From assembly GCF_004102945.1 (NCBI RefSeq), contig NZ_CP019384.1:780001-812000 (forward strand): 32,000 bases of DNA, read 5' to 3'. The notes below the pieces were generated by a model. That model was not told the origin of the DNA, made no database searches, and saw only the letters and a program-made list of their open reading frames with translations. The stretch is from Candidatus Velamenicoccus archaeovorus (GTDB taxonomy: Bacteria; Omnitrophota; Gorgyraeia; Velamenicoccales; Velamenicoccaceae). Positions 24,088 through 32,000 of the stretch are shown here, piece after piece (position 1 is the first letter of the stretch; each line of letters begins with the position of its first letter). The position numbers were made by a program, and so were the translations under genes.

Positions 24088-25026
24088 TTATGTTGCGGCG
24101 ACGTTGGTGGATGAAAAAAGACGCTTTGTCTGCGCGCAGGATCTTTTCTTTTCTTCCGTCGACCGCAGAAAGGCCCGCAGCAGGTCCGTGTAGTCATGTT
24201 TTTTTTCGAGGTAGTGCATATGCGACGCATCTTCAAAAATGACCATGCGGCCGTTCGGCAGGAGGCTGCGGTAATGGTTCGTGGTTTCGACAGACGCTTC
24301 GTCATAGCGTCCGCAGGTCAATAAGACGGGAATGCGGATATCCCTGAGCATGGCCGTGCAATCGGCATTTTTAAGGGTTCCGCGGATCGTGAATTCGCTC
24401 GGCCCCCACATCCTGCCGTAAATATCCATGTTGAGTTTTTTAAAGGCTTTCTTCAGGCATGCGGGCCAGGGTTGGAGACGGCAGACGTGGCGTTGGTAAT
24501 AGGCCGTCATGGCCTCTTGGTATTCCGGCGTATCGAATGATGCATCCTTCTCGGCATTAAGAATGATGTTTCTGATCTCCGCAGGGAATTGTTCGATGCA
24601 GCGTCGCTGGTCCTTGTGCCACAGGGACGAGCTGAGATAGGGCCCAGAAAGGGTCAGACTGAGAATGCCCTTTGGGTGTTTGAGCCCAAGGTAAGTGACG
24701 GCGAGCATCGTTCCCCAGGAGGCGCCCATGAGGTGAAACCTTTTGAGTTTTAGCGCCCGGCGTAGTTCGGCAAGTTCTTCAACAAAGCGCTCAATGGTCC
24801 AGAGCGCCGGGTCGTTGGGTTTTTCGGAGAGGCCGCAGCCCAGTTGGTCGTAGAAGACGACCGGCCGTTCGTCGGCCAGGGCCTCCAGGGGTTCTAGATA
24901 ATCATGGGGCGAGCCGGGACCGCCGTGAAGTGTCACGAGGGGCGCCCTTGTTTTGTTTTTCCCGGCGATTTTATACCAGATTTTTCCTCCGGGTACGGCT
25001 ATGAGACCTTTGGAATATGCGGACAT
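24088..25026 (-). CDS. Proline iminopeptidase-family alpha/beta hydrolase
   Basis: HGGPG oxyanion motif, GASWG nucleophile elbow, and the usual W.YKI.G..K..PLV.LHGGPG opening. Start set at M58 of the track ORF (MSAYSKG), because the upstream part overlaps ubiE. Confidence 0.85.
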   Translation of the reverse strand: MSAYSKGLIAVPGGKIWYKIAGKNKTRAPLVTLHGGPGSPHDYLEPLEALADERPVVFYDQLGCGLSEKPNDPALWTIERFVEELAELRRALKLKRFHLMGASWGTMLAVTYLGLKHPKGILSLTLSGPYLSSSLWHKDQRRCIEQFPAEIRNIILNAEKDASFDTPEYQEAMTAYYQRHVCRLQPWPACLKKAFKKLNMDIYGRMWGPSEFTIRGTLKNADCTAMLRDIRIPVLLTCGRYDEASVETTNHYRSLLPNGRMVIFEDASHMHYLEKKHDYTDLLRAFLRSTEEKKRSCAQTKRLFSSTNVAAT

Positions 25027-25031
25027 TGTCG

Positions 25032-25721
25032 TTAGGGTTTTACGGCGACGTAAAGATGCGCGCCGGCGCCTAGGTATCGTGTCGTGACGTCGCTCAGGGC
25101 CGCTTCCCTCATCATGGAGCAGACCTCTTGGGGGGACAGGAACGATATGATGGAAGAAGCCAGATAGGCGTAAGCCTCGGCCGATCGGCTCATCCATCCC
25201 CCGATGATGGGCACGATACGGCTAATGTAGAAGCGGACAGGTGCCGAAAAAATATTTTTTTTCGGCGGGGAAAATTCCAGGATCAGGATCTTCCCTCTTT
25301 TTTTGGTGACGCGGCGCATTTCCCGGAGCCCCCGGCTGCGGTCCGGGATATTTCTGAAGCCGAACGCTGTGGCCGTGATATCGAAAGAAGAGTCTTCAAA
25401 CGGCAAATCCAGCGCATTGCCGCGGCCAAGGAAGATGTCGGGCCGTCCACGCTTGGCGTTGATTTTCGCATTCCCGAGATCCAGCATGGCCGAAGAGAGA
25501 TCGATGCCGGTGACGCGGCAGTGGGGTTGCGTGTTAAAAAAACTCAAGGCCAAGTCTGCGGTACCTGTGCAAATGTCGAGAATGCGGCTGCCGGCGCGCG
25601 GGCATGCGGCTTCTGCCGTTTGCCGGCGCCATTTCTCATCCAGTCCCCAGCTCAGGATTTTGTTGAGCAGGTCGTAGCGGCGGGCGATGGCAGAGAACAT
25701 TTCTGTCGTTTCGTATGCCAT
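25032..25721 (-). CDS. ubiE: Demethylmenaquinone/ubiquinone C-methyltransferase (UbiE/MenG family)
   Basis: MFSAIARRYDLLNKILSWGLDEKWRR, SAM motif I ILDICTGTADLA, and ..FGFRNIPD...L.EM.RV.K..G...ILEFS.P. Confidence 0.88.
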   Translation of the reverse strand: MAYETTEMFSAIARRYDLLNKILSWGLDEKWRRQTAEAACPRAGSRILDICTGTADLALSFFNTQPHCRVTGIDLSSAMLDLGNAKINAKRGRPDIFLGRGNALDLPFEDSSFDITATAFGFRNIPDRSRGLREMRRVTKKRGKILILEFSPPKKNIFSAPVRFYISRIVPIIGGWMSRSAEAYAYLASSIISFLSPQEVCSMMREAALSDVTTRYLGAGAHLYVAVKP

Positions 25722-25728
25722 CGTCTGT

Positions 25729-25863
25729 TTACGCGGTTTTTTTCCGTCGCCGCAGGGCCTTTTCCATGCGTGCGGCAGCCTGGGCCGCCGTCTTGCCTTC
25801 GGTCAGATGATCGCAGCAGATGGCAGCATATCCTTTACGGTTCTTGATCTTGAAAATATGCAT
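25729..25863 (-). CDS. Possible small ORF (44 aa), unknown function
   Basis: My translation is MHIFKIKNRKGYAAICCDHLTEGKTAAQAAARMEKALRRRKKTA. It fills the gap between the endonuclease-V-like gene and ubiE and ends 7 nt before the ubiE ATG. No good SD. Confidence 0.35.
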   Translation of the reverse strand: MHIFKIKNRKGYAAICCDHLTEGKTAAQAAARMEKALRRRKKTA

Positions 25864-25898
25864 CTTGGATTTTACCACGTCTCCCCCCCCATTTTTCG

Positions 25899-26228
25899 TT
25901 AGACGTCACAGTCACATTTTTTGAGCCTGAGGATATGAATTTGTTGATGAGACGAAGCGAGCAAGATATCCTGTTTATTCCTTCCTGTCGCCAACCGCGG
26001 GGGCAGAGGGCTGCGGTGGGCATAGTGTCTTTTGTCCATTTCTTTGACGAGCGCCTCATGCCTGAGGAAGAGCGCTCGAAGTTTTCCTTTCCAGCGCAGG
26101 GTTTCCGGATGCCGCGAGTATCCTTTTTTATGGCGCGTCAGGATGGACCAGACGGCATGGAGCTCCCGATGTTCTCCAAGAAGATGGTTGCGGCAGAGTC
26201 GGCATGGGTTGAGGTCCCAGATTCTCAT
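25899..26228 (-). CDS. Pyrimidine dimer DNA glycosylase / endonuclease V-like protein
   Basis: MRIWDLNP..L....LLGEHRELHAVW......KGYSRHPETLRWKGKL.AL..RH..LV.EM..R.Y.H.SPL matches the T4 DenV-like (Pyr_excise) pattern as I recall it. Confidence 0.7.
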   Translation of the reverse strand: MRIWDLNPCRLCRNHLLGEHRELHAVWSILTRHKKGYSRHPETLRWKGKLRALFLRHEALVKEMDKRHYAHRSPLPPRLATGRNKQDILLASSHQQIHILRLKKCDCDV

Positions 26229-26243
26229 GCTACAGGTTTGTCG

Positions 26244-27209
26244 CTATTTGAGCTTGTCCGAGATGCGTTGCAGGATTTCTCCGGCAGCCTGGGGTTGGGG
26301 TAAGAGCAGGCGTCTGGCCAGGATCACGATCTGTGTTGTTTTCTCCGTTACGCTTTGGATCTTGATGGTTACGTCATTTTTATCGATGAGGGCCTTGATG
26401 GTTCCGTTTGTCTTGTCTTCTGATTTGATTTCTCCGAGCGTTTTAACAGTGCCCAAAGCCACCGTATAGACTTTTTCGAAAGGAATATCGAAATTGTCCT
26501 GAGCGCTGTCTTTGCCCATCAGGGTGATGGCAACGCCTGCCGGCAGGAAACCGACGCCTAAAATGGAGCTGACGGCGTAGATGTTGGCGCTTTTGATGGC
26601 CGTATTTTTCATGGCTTCCGAGAGGATGAGCGCAACAAGCTGTTGGGCGCTGGTGATATTGCGATACGTCTTTTGTTTGTAACCCAGGTCATAGATCTGG
26701 ATCTTTGGTGTTTCGCCTTTGGAGTAATCTTTATAGACGATTTTCCCGATGCTGAGTTTTAAAAGATCGATCTGCAGGGGGAGTTGTCCTGTCGGTTGTT
26801 TTCGCGTCGTTTCTCCTTTTGGCCTTTGCGGCGCTTCGGCGACCTTGAGGGCATCCACGTTCATCTTTCCTTCCTTGTCCTTGATGATCACGAGCTCTTT
26901 GAGCGCGATCTCAATTTCTTTGAAGTGGATCTTTTTTTTGAGGATGTCGCCGAGGACAAACGCAACGTGGACGGTAGGCATATCGACGAAGAGCTCTTTG
27001 GGGAATCCGGGCGGGTTGTAAAGTTTGAAACCTTTGATGGTGACGGTTTGTCTGATGACGCCCAGAGAGAAGCTGTCAATGGATACAGGTGCGCCCGTAA
27101 CCTGAGTTGTAGTTATGGTAACGGTGTTCTTGATGATCTGGTCCCTGAGGACGGCGATGACCGGCAGGGCGATGAGAACGATAACCACAATCAGGAGAAT
27201 CTTTTTCAT
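26244..27209 (-). CDS. Membrane-anchored AsmA-like/DUF748-like protein with a DUF3568-like C-terminal domain
   Basis: SD AGGGAGG. N-terminal TM helix. The N-terminal half resembles AsmA-family N-termini (..VSIDSFSLGVIRQTVTIKGFKLYNPPGFP..). The C-terminal ~100 aa resemble small lipoprotein-like DUF3568 domains. Family names are from memory. Confidence 0.65.
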   Translation of the reverse strand: MKKILLIVVIVLIALPVIAVLRDQIIKNTVTITTTQVTGAPVSIDSFSLGVIRQTVTIKGFKLYNPPGFPKELFVDMPTVHVAFVLGDILKKKIHFKEIEIALKELVIIKDKEGKMNVDALKVAEAPQRPKGETTRKQPTGQLPLQIDLLKLSIGKIVYKDYSKGETPKIQIYDLGYKQKTYRNITSAQQLVALILSEAMKNTAIKSANIYAVSSILGVGFLPAGVAITLMGKDSAQDNFDIPFEKVYTVALGTVKTLGEIKSEDKTNGTIKALIDKNDVTIKIQSVTEKTTQIVILARRLLLPQPQAAGEILQRISDKLK

Positions 27210-27496
27210 GGGGCGACCTCCCTTTAGGGTGGGGGAAATGTTTTCTGCAACTAAAGTGGAGTATAAAGGACTTTATGGACGAGGTCAACTTGTTTTCTTG
27301 GATGGATTTGCCGTTCGAAAATCCAAATTCGCAGTCTTTCAAGGAGGCGCGAGGTTTCTTCCCTGGAGACCTGCGCATCGTAAGATATCGGAAAAATCTC
27401 CGGGCAAGGCCAGGGCCGGGGGCAGGTCCGTGGGGCTCCGGAAATAAACACTTTGTCGTTTTGCGGCTGGCAGCCGGAACAAAAATTTTTGTCTTT

Positions 27497-28708
27497 TTAG
27501 AGGTAGACAATGTCCTCTGGATGATAGAGGGATAAGAATAGGAGCATATATTCTTTCAGGTGCCGCGTGAGGAGGAAGTTATTTTTGATGTGCTGGCGTC
27601 CGTTTTCTCCGAGCTTCTTGGCATATTCAGGATTATTGAGGAGTTGTTTGATGGCAAAGGCGGCACCCTCGATGGAATGGCACATCAGTCCAGAAAATTT
27701 ATGTTTTACCTGCAGCGAGATGCCTCCTACATGGGAAGCGACGATTGGTTTGGCTTTCCAGAGCGCTTCGGCAACCGTCAGGCCGAATCCTTCCTTGAGA
27801 GATTTCTGGACGATGACGTCGGAAGCCCTTTGCAGGGCATTGATGAGGATATCATCTTGTGGCAGGAGAAGGACATGGATGTCCTTGTCTTTTTTTGCCT
27901 TTTCCTGGACTTCGGCCAGGACTTGGATGCCTTCGGGATCATCCGTGGCCGTTCCCCCCGCCAAAATGAGCTGACAATCAATGTATCTTTTGACTTGCAG
28001 GTAGGCGTCGATGACGCCTGAAGGGTCTTTGAGCCTGTCAAAGCGTGAGATCTGCGTGATGATGGGTTTGTCTTTGACGATGTTGTATTTGGCGAGGGCC
28101 GCGTCGATGACCTCCTGAGGGAGTTCCTTGTTTTTGTCGCTCAGGGGATCGATAGAAGGCGAGATCAGGTATTGACGGATCGGCAGGCGCTGCGAGAAGA
28201 TCGGCGATGAAAAGACAGCAGCGTCGTAGTTCGGAATGAACGACATCAGGAAATCCCAAACTTTTTTATGAGGATGCGAGACATCGATATGGCAGCGCCA
28301 CAACCATTTATTCCCGGCTTTCTTTTTGATGAGGCCGATCGGCTGGGGATCGTGGATGAAGACGACGTCGCCGTAGGTGTTCATGAGTCCTAGATTCGTC
28401 TCGGTGGTTTCCATGAAGATTTCCAGATCGTGGTCCGTAATGTCTTCAGGCCGGCCGTGCAGGGCGTTGTGGAATTTTTTTGTAACGTCAAAAAATTGGG
28501 ATCCCCCTTTGATCAGATCCCAGCGGCTGTCGACGCCGAGCTCGCCCAAGAGGGGCACCATGCGGTTGAGGATTTCTGCTACCCCTCCGCCGACGGACGT
28601 AGAATTGACATGCTGGATGACTTTGCCCTTGAGGCGTTCGGCAAGCAGCTTCAGGTCGTCGATCGTGGACTGTCCGACAATAGGGATGTAGTCGTTGATG
28701 TGCACCAT
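27497..28708 (-). CDS. GT4 glycosyltransferase, trehalose synthase (TreT)-like
   Basis: N-terminal HVNSTSVGGGVAEILNRMVPLLGELGVDSRWDLIKGGSQFFDVTKKFHNALHG is very similar to archaeal/bacterial TreT as I recall it. The C-terminal GT1/GT4 EX7E region is SLKEGFGLTVAEALWKAKPIV. Confidence 0.75.
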   Translation of the reverse strand: MVHINDYIPIVGQSTIDDLKLLAERLKGKVIQHVNSTSVGGGVAEILNRMVPLLGELGVDSRWDLIKGGSQFFDVTKKFHNALHGRPEDITDHDLEIFMETTETNLGLMNTYGDVVFIHDPQPIGLIKKKAGNKWLWRCHIDVSHPHKKVWDFLMSFIPNYDAAVFSSPIFSQRLPIRQYLISPSIDPLSDKNKELPQEVIDAALAKYNIVKDKPIITQISRFDRLKDPSGVIDAYLQVKRYIDCQLILAGGTATDDPEGIQVLAEVQEKAKKDKDIHVLLLPQDDILINALQRASDVIVQKSLKEGFGLTVAEALWKAKPIVASHVGGISLQVKHKFSGLMCHSIEGAAFAIKQLLNNPEYAKKLGENGRQHIKNNFLLTRHLKEYMLLFLSLYHPEDIVYL

Positions 28709-28711
28709 GGG

Positions 28712-29383
28712 TCAAGCCGCCAATCTTTTTTCGACGATCTTCAAGATCGTTTTTCTAAGACCGTCCAGCGTATATGTGTAGGGATCGAGCTTGGCAATTT
28801 TTTCGGCCAACGCTTTTTCCTGCAGTGACGTATCCAGCCAGTTGGAAAAGTCGTTGGTCCCTTTTTCCAGCCTCAGATGCGCCTCAAAGATGTGAAAGTA
28901 GATGGAATCGATCGTGACCTTCCTGAGCGCCTCGGCAAATTCCCTTAGGTCCGTCGCCGCCTCATTCGTGGGGGCGATAAAACTGACGGATTTGATGAAA
29001 TGAAATTGTTCGTCTTCTCCGGCAAAACGGAGGTTCGCCTTGGGATTGTGTTTGAGGTATTTCTCGATCGTCTCGACGATTTTTTCACGCAGGGAGCGGA
29101 TCGTCTTGTACTGGATCGTGTCGATGCTGGCCAGCCTCTCTCCCAGTTCATCGTCGCCCAGGACTTCCCTCACCCAATAGGCGAAGTCATTCGGAGGCTC
29201 CGGAGAGAGATACTGGTGCTGCTGCAGGAAGCGGTGGGTGTGATGGTAGATGCAAGAGCCAGGCACGCCTTTGATATGTTCCAGGAGTTGTTCTAAATTG
29301 GAAGCCTTGATGCCCAAGAGCTCCGAGAGATGCCACCGGGTGTAAAAGCGGAAAGGTTCCTTGGCCTTGATGGGTTCTGTCAT
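28712..29383 (-). CDS. Conserved hypothetical protein (possibly DUF5752-like) embedded in the trehalose cluster
   Basis: 223 aa, soluble and helical. Separated by 3-nt gaps from both neighbours, so it is in the same operon. The DUF name is from memory only. Confidence 0.6.
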   Translation of the reverse strand: MTEPIKAKEPFRFYTRWHLSELLGIKASNLEQLLEHIKGVPGSCIYHHTHRFLQQHQYLSPEPPNDFAYWVREVLGDDELGERLASIDTIQYKTIRSLREKIVETIEKYLKHNPKANLRFAGEDEQFHFIKSVSFIAPTNEAATDLREFAEALRKVTIDSIYFHIFEAHLRLEKGTNDFSNWLDTSLQEKALAEKIAKLDPYTYTLDGLRKTILKIVEKRLAA

Positions 29384-29386
29384 GAT

Positions 29387-30217
29387 TTATTTGGGAGATT
29401 TCAGCAATACGATGCGTTCCAGGAACTTGTGGACCTTGTCCGTGTTCGAGAGGTAATATTGCGCCGAAGACGTCCCCGGCACCCCGACGAAAACGGTTAT
29501 TCCCTTGTTCTTCAGCGCACGGAATGCGTCTTCGTCTGTTATATCATCTCCGACGTAGAGGGGCAAGACGTTTCTTCCTTTGGCAGTCCCTCTTCTTTTT
29601 TTCAGCAACCACAAGACGATCTTGCCCTTGTCCCAATCCACGGGCGGCTGGATTTCCAGGATCATCTTGCCGGTTTTCATGCGGATAAGATTTTTTGCGG
29701 CTGCCTCTTTTACAGTCTCCCGGAAGATCCCCCGGATACTCGGAAAGTTATTTTTCTCTGCGAGACGGTAATGGACGGCCAGGAAGGGTTTTTTGTTTTC
29801 AACGACGACCCCCCTTATTGTTTTGTATCTGTCTTTGAGCGTTCTTTCCAGACGGGCAATGACCCTGTTGTAGGCGGACGGGATGCGGATTTTGAACCTG
29901 ACACCGCTTCCCTCTGCCTCAAAACCGTGATTTCCGGAATAGACGATGTTTTTTAGGCCGATCATGGATTTGAGATCGGAGATCGCCCTGCCGCTGATGA
30001 CCGCCAGGAGCACTCCGGGGACAGCGGCAAGAGTTCGAAGGACCTGTTTTGTTTTTGTCGGCAGGACGGCCTGCGGGGGTGTCGGCGCGATTGGGCTTAA
30101 TGTCCCGTCATAATCCAGGCAGATGAGAAGCGGATGCTGCCGGATGCGCTGCCGGATGCGGTCCCAATCACGAAAGAGGCTCTTCATCATAGCAGCTGTT
30201 TTATTCCTTGAATTCAA
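29387..30217 (-). CDS. otsB: Trehalose-6-phosphate phosphatase
   Basis: HAD motifs LDYDGTL, VISGR, GNHG and YVGDDITDEDAF. Confidence 0.9.
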   Translation of the reverse strand: MNSRNKTAAMMKSLFRDWDRIRQRIRQHPLLICLDYDGTLSPIAPTPPQAVLPTKTKQVLRTLAAVPGVLLAVISGRAISDLKSMIGLKNIVYSGNHGFEAEGSGVRFKIRIPSAYNRVIARLERTLKDRYKTIRGVVVENKKPFLAVHYRLAEKNNFPSIRGIFRETVKEAAAKNLIRMKTGKMILEIQPPVDWDKGKIVLWLLKKRRGTAKGRNVLPLYVGDDITDEDAFRALKNKGITVFVGVPGTSSAQYYLSNTDKVHKFLERIVLLKSPK

Positions 30218-31679
30218 ATTTCAACAATTCGGAGATGATCTTTCCTGCCCAGCGGAAGATGTTGTTGTTTTGTACGATCTCCCGCATTTTTACCATGCGT
30301 TTCTGTTCTTCGTCTTCCGGAAGATTCAAAGCCACATAGATGCCTTCCGAAATGTTTTCCCGGTCGTAGGGATTGACGAGGATGGCGTCTGTCAGCTCGC
30401 GCGAGGCGCCGGTAAACTCGCTTAAAACGAGAGCGCCTTTGTTGTCGATGCGACTGGAAACAAATTCCTTGGCGACAAGATTCATTCCGTCGTGGAGGGA
30501 ACTCACCAGGCAGACGCGGGCATGGCGATGCAGGGCCAGAAGCTCCTGGAAATTTAAGTGGCGGCGCACAAGGATGATGGGTCTCCAGTTATCCGTTGAA
30601 TGTTTCCAGTTGATCTGTTCGACGAGGGCGTTGATTTCGTCGTTCAAGGCTTTATATCTGGGGATATGGAGACGGCTGATCTCGCCGACCTGGAAGAGCG
30701 TGATTTTTTCTTTGAGGTCCGGCACTTTTTCCAGGAGGCGGTCAACGGCCAGCATCCTTTCGGGGATACCTTTTGTGTAATCAATGCGGTCGATGCCCAA
30801 CAGCACCGTCTGGTTTTCCAGGTGGAACTCCTCGACCAGGGCTTCTTGTATTTTTTGGACGCTTTCGGATGCCGCAGCGGAACTAATACCTTCAAAATCG
30901 ACGCTGATGGGATAGGGGCGGATAAGCGTTTCGTGCCCCCCCTTGATAACGGAGAAGCGCTCCCTGTCGATTTTGCTTTCTAATTCCCTGTCGACGGCTG
31001 TCAGGAAATTATCGCAATGGTAACGGATGTGGAAACCAAGCAGGTCATTGGCGAGGAGCCCTTCAAGGATCTCCTTTCTCTGGGGACAGATGCGAAAGAC
31101 TTCGTGTGACGGCCACGGGATATGCCAGAAGTGCGCAATGATGAGCTGGCTGCCTGCTTTTTCTTTGAGATAACGGGGCAGAAGACAAAGATGGTAATCT
31201 TGGATCCAGATGAAGGCCTTTTTATCCCCTATTTCGTTTAAGATCGCATCTGCGAATTTTTGGTTAACCCCTTCGTAATGTTTCCAGTCCTCTTCGCGGA
31301 ATACCGGCCGTTGGAATGTCAAGTGGCACATGGGCCAGATGGCCTCATTGGAATAGCCGAAATAGTAGCCATTTTCTTCTTCTTTGGTGAGCCAGACGCG
31401 CTTGAGCGTGTAGGATGGGTTGTCGGGAGGGACGCGGAGCTTGCCGTCTTTGTCCGTTACTTTCCTGTCGGCATCTCCGGATCCCTGAGCAACCCATAAG
31501 CCGTTTGAGGCCTGCATGACGGGGTCCAGCGCCGTGATAACACCGCCGGCGCCGCGGATGTATTCAACTTTTCCTTTTTTAAACTGATGAACGTAGGGTT
31601 CCCTGTTGGAGACGACGATAAAAAGATAATCGCCCAACTTTTCGCCGACGAGTTGATGGAGGGTTTCTTTTGTCCACAT
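30201..31679 (-). CDS. otsA: Alpha,alpha-trehalose-phosphate synthase (GT20)
   Basis: VVSNREPY, GGVITAL, IWIQDYHL, FWHIPWP and VNPYD motifs. Overlaps the otsB start by 17 nt. Confidence 0.92.
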   Translation of the reverse strand: MWTKETLHQLVGEKLGDYLFIVVSNREPYVHQFKKGKVEYIRGAGGVITALDPVMQASNGLWVAQGSGDADRKVTDKDGKLRVPPDNPSYTLKRVWLTKEEENGYYFGYSNEAIWPMCHLTFQRPVFREEDWKHYEGVNQKFADAILNEIGDKKAFIWIQDYHLCLLPRYLKEKAGSQLIIAHFWHIPWPSHEVFRICPQRKEILEGLLANDLLGFHIRYHCDNFLTAVDRELESKIDRERFSVIKGGHETLIRPYPISVDFEGISSAAASESVQKIQEALVEEFHLENQTVLLGIDRIDYTKGIPERMLAVDRLLEKVPDLKEKITLFQVGEISRLHIPRYKALNDEINALVEQINWKHSTDNWRPIILVRRHLNFQELLALHRHARVCLVSSLHDGMNLVAKEFVSSRIDNKGALVLSEFTGASRELTDAILVNPYDRENISEGIYVALNLPEDEEQKRMVKMREIVQNNNIFRWAGKIISELLKFEFKE

Positions 31680-31682
31680 AGT

Positions 31683-32000
31683 TTATTTCTGTTTTTGGGC
31701 GTCTTCCTGCCTGTAGTTGATCGCCCGGATGGGATACGGGATATTGATATTTTCTTTTGCGTAGCGTTTATGGAGACGTTTGATGAATTCGTGTTTGACG
31801 AGATACTGGTCTGTGAATTCTTTTGCCCTCAAGATGACAGAGAAGTTGATGCTGGAATCGGCGAACGTATGGAAACGGATGAACGGTTCGAATCCGGGCA
31901 CCCCGCCGGGGACTTCTTTCATGACCTCTTTGGCGGCCTCGCAGGTGACGCGCTCGACCTTGTCGAGATCGCTGTCATAATGCACGCCGACCTCGACGAG
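31683..32000 (-). CDS. Mechanosensitive ion channel (MscS family), C-terminal part; the gene continues beyond the window
   Basis: The frame is open to the window edge (..LVEVGVHYDSDLDKVERV..PGFEPFIRFHTFADSSINFSVILRAKEF..NINIPYP), which is the typical MscS cytoplasmic C-terminal domain. Its stop is 3 nt before the otsA start. Confidence 0.8.
   Translation of the reverse strand, partial: LVEVGVHYDSDLDKVERVTCEAAKEVMKEVPGGVPGFEPFIRFHTFADSSINFSVILRAKEFTDQYLVKHEFIKRLHKRYAKENINIPYPIRAINYRQEDAQKQK

Noticed and set aside
25128-25847. 239-aa + strand ORF
   Set aside because: It is antisense to ubiE, which has clear SAM-methyltransferase motifs, and it is Arg/Gly/Ala-rich, typical of GC-rich shadow frames.
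27479-27492. 14-bp perfect palindrome ACAAAAATTTTTGT just after the TreT-like stop codon
   Set aside because: It is an A5T5 palindrome with no loop and weak pairing. It cannot be distinguished from chance in an AT-rich gene end, and it is not a convincing terminator or operator.
29330-29956. 208-aa + strand ORF
   Set aside because: It is antisense to otsB and to the end of the unknown gene. No motifs. Shadow ORF.
1-32000. Search for CRISPR arrays, tRNA/rRNA genes and prophage or defence cassettes
   Set aside because: No spaced direct repeats were found. The only tandem repeats are the 18-bp duplication and the coding heptads. No tRNA-like T-loop or acceptor patterns were seen in intergenic regions, and no recognisable defence, integrase or phage structural genes were found.

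Overview
This 32-kb window looks like it comes from a diderm bacterium (TolC/RND efflux, beta-barrel OMP signature, type IV pilin, SpoVG); the taxon cannot be determined from the sequence alone. All credible genes from 1-17198 are on the + strand and all from 17779-32000 are on the - strand. The AT-rich gap where they converge holds a 28-bp site that closely matches the Xer/dif consensus, so the window probably spans the replication terminus. The left arm carries, in order: (1) a secreted tail-fibre-like protein, spoVG, and a BNR/Asp-box propeller protein with a TolC-like tail; (2) an apparent operon driven by a consensus sigma70 promoter, made up of a CheY-like receiver, a ~920-aa TPR + putative beta-barrel outer-membrane protein, a GAF-HD-GYP c-di-GMP phosphodiesterase and a translationally coupled stand-alone MshEN-like c-di-GMP receptor domain; (3) a marR-tolC-MFP-RND efflux operon whose RND gene is split by a 543-bp IS200-type element, followed by a PII-like gene; (4) a secreted protein with 14 D-R-R-E-D-x-R heptads; (5) a type IV pilin. 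The right arm carries a multiply frameshifted dinB-like pseudogene next to dif, small secreted and membrane proteins, a DEAD-box helicase plus cold-shock protein pair with a structured leader, a PurF-like enzyme lacking the Cys1 nucleophile, pip, ubiE, an endonuclease-V-like gene, an AsmA-like protein, and an osmoprotection island (mscS-otsA-otsB-unknown-GT4/TreT-like). No CRISPR array, rRNA or tRNA was found. The best candidates for an undescribed system are the REC/OMP/HD-GYP/MshEN operon and the RED-heptad secreted protein. All family assignments come from motif recognition by eye, not from database searches.
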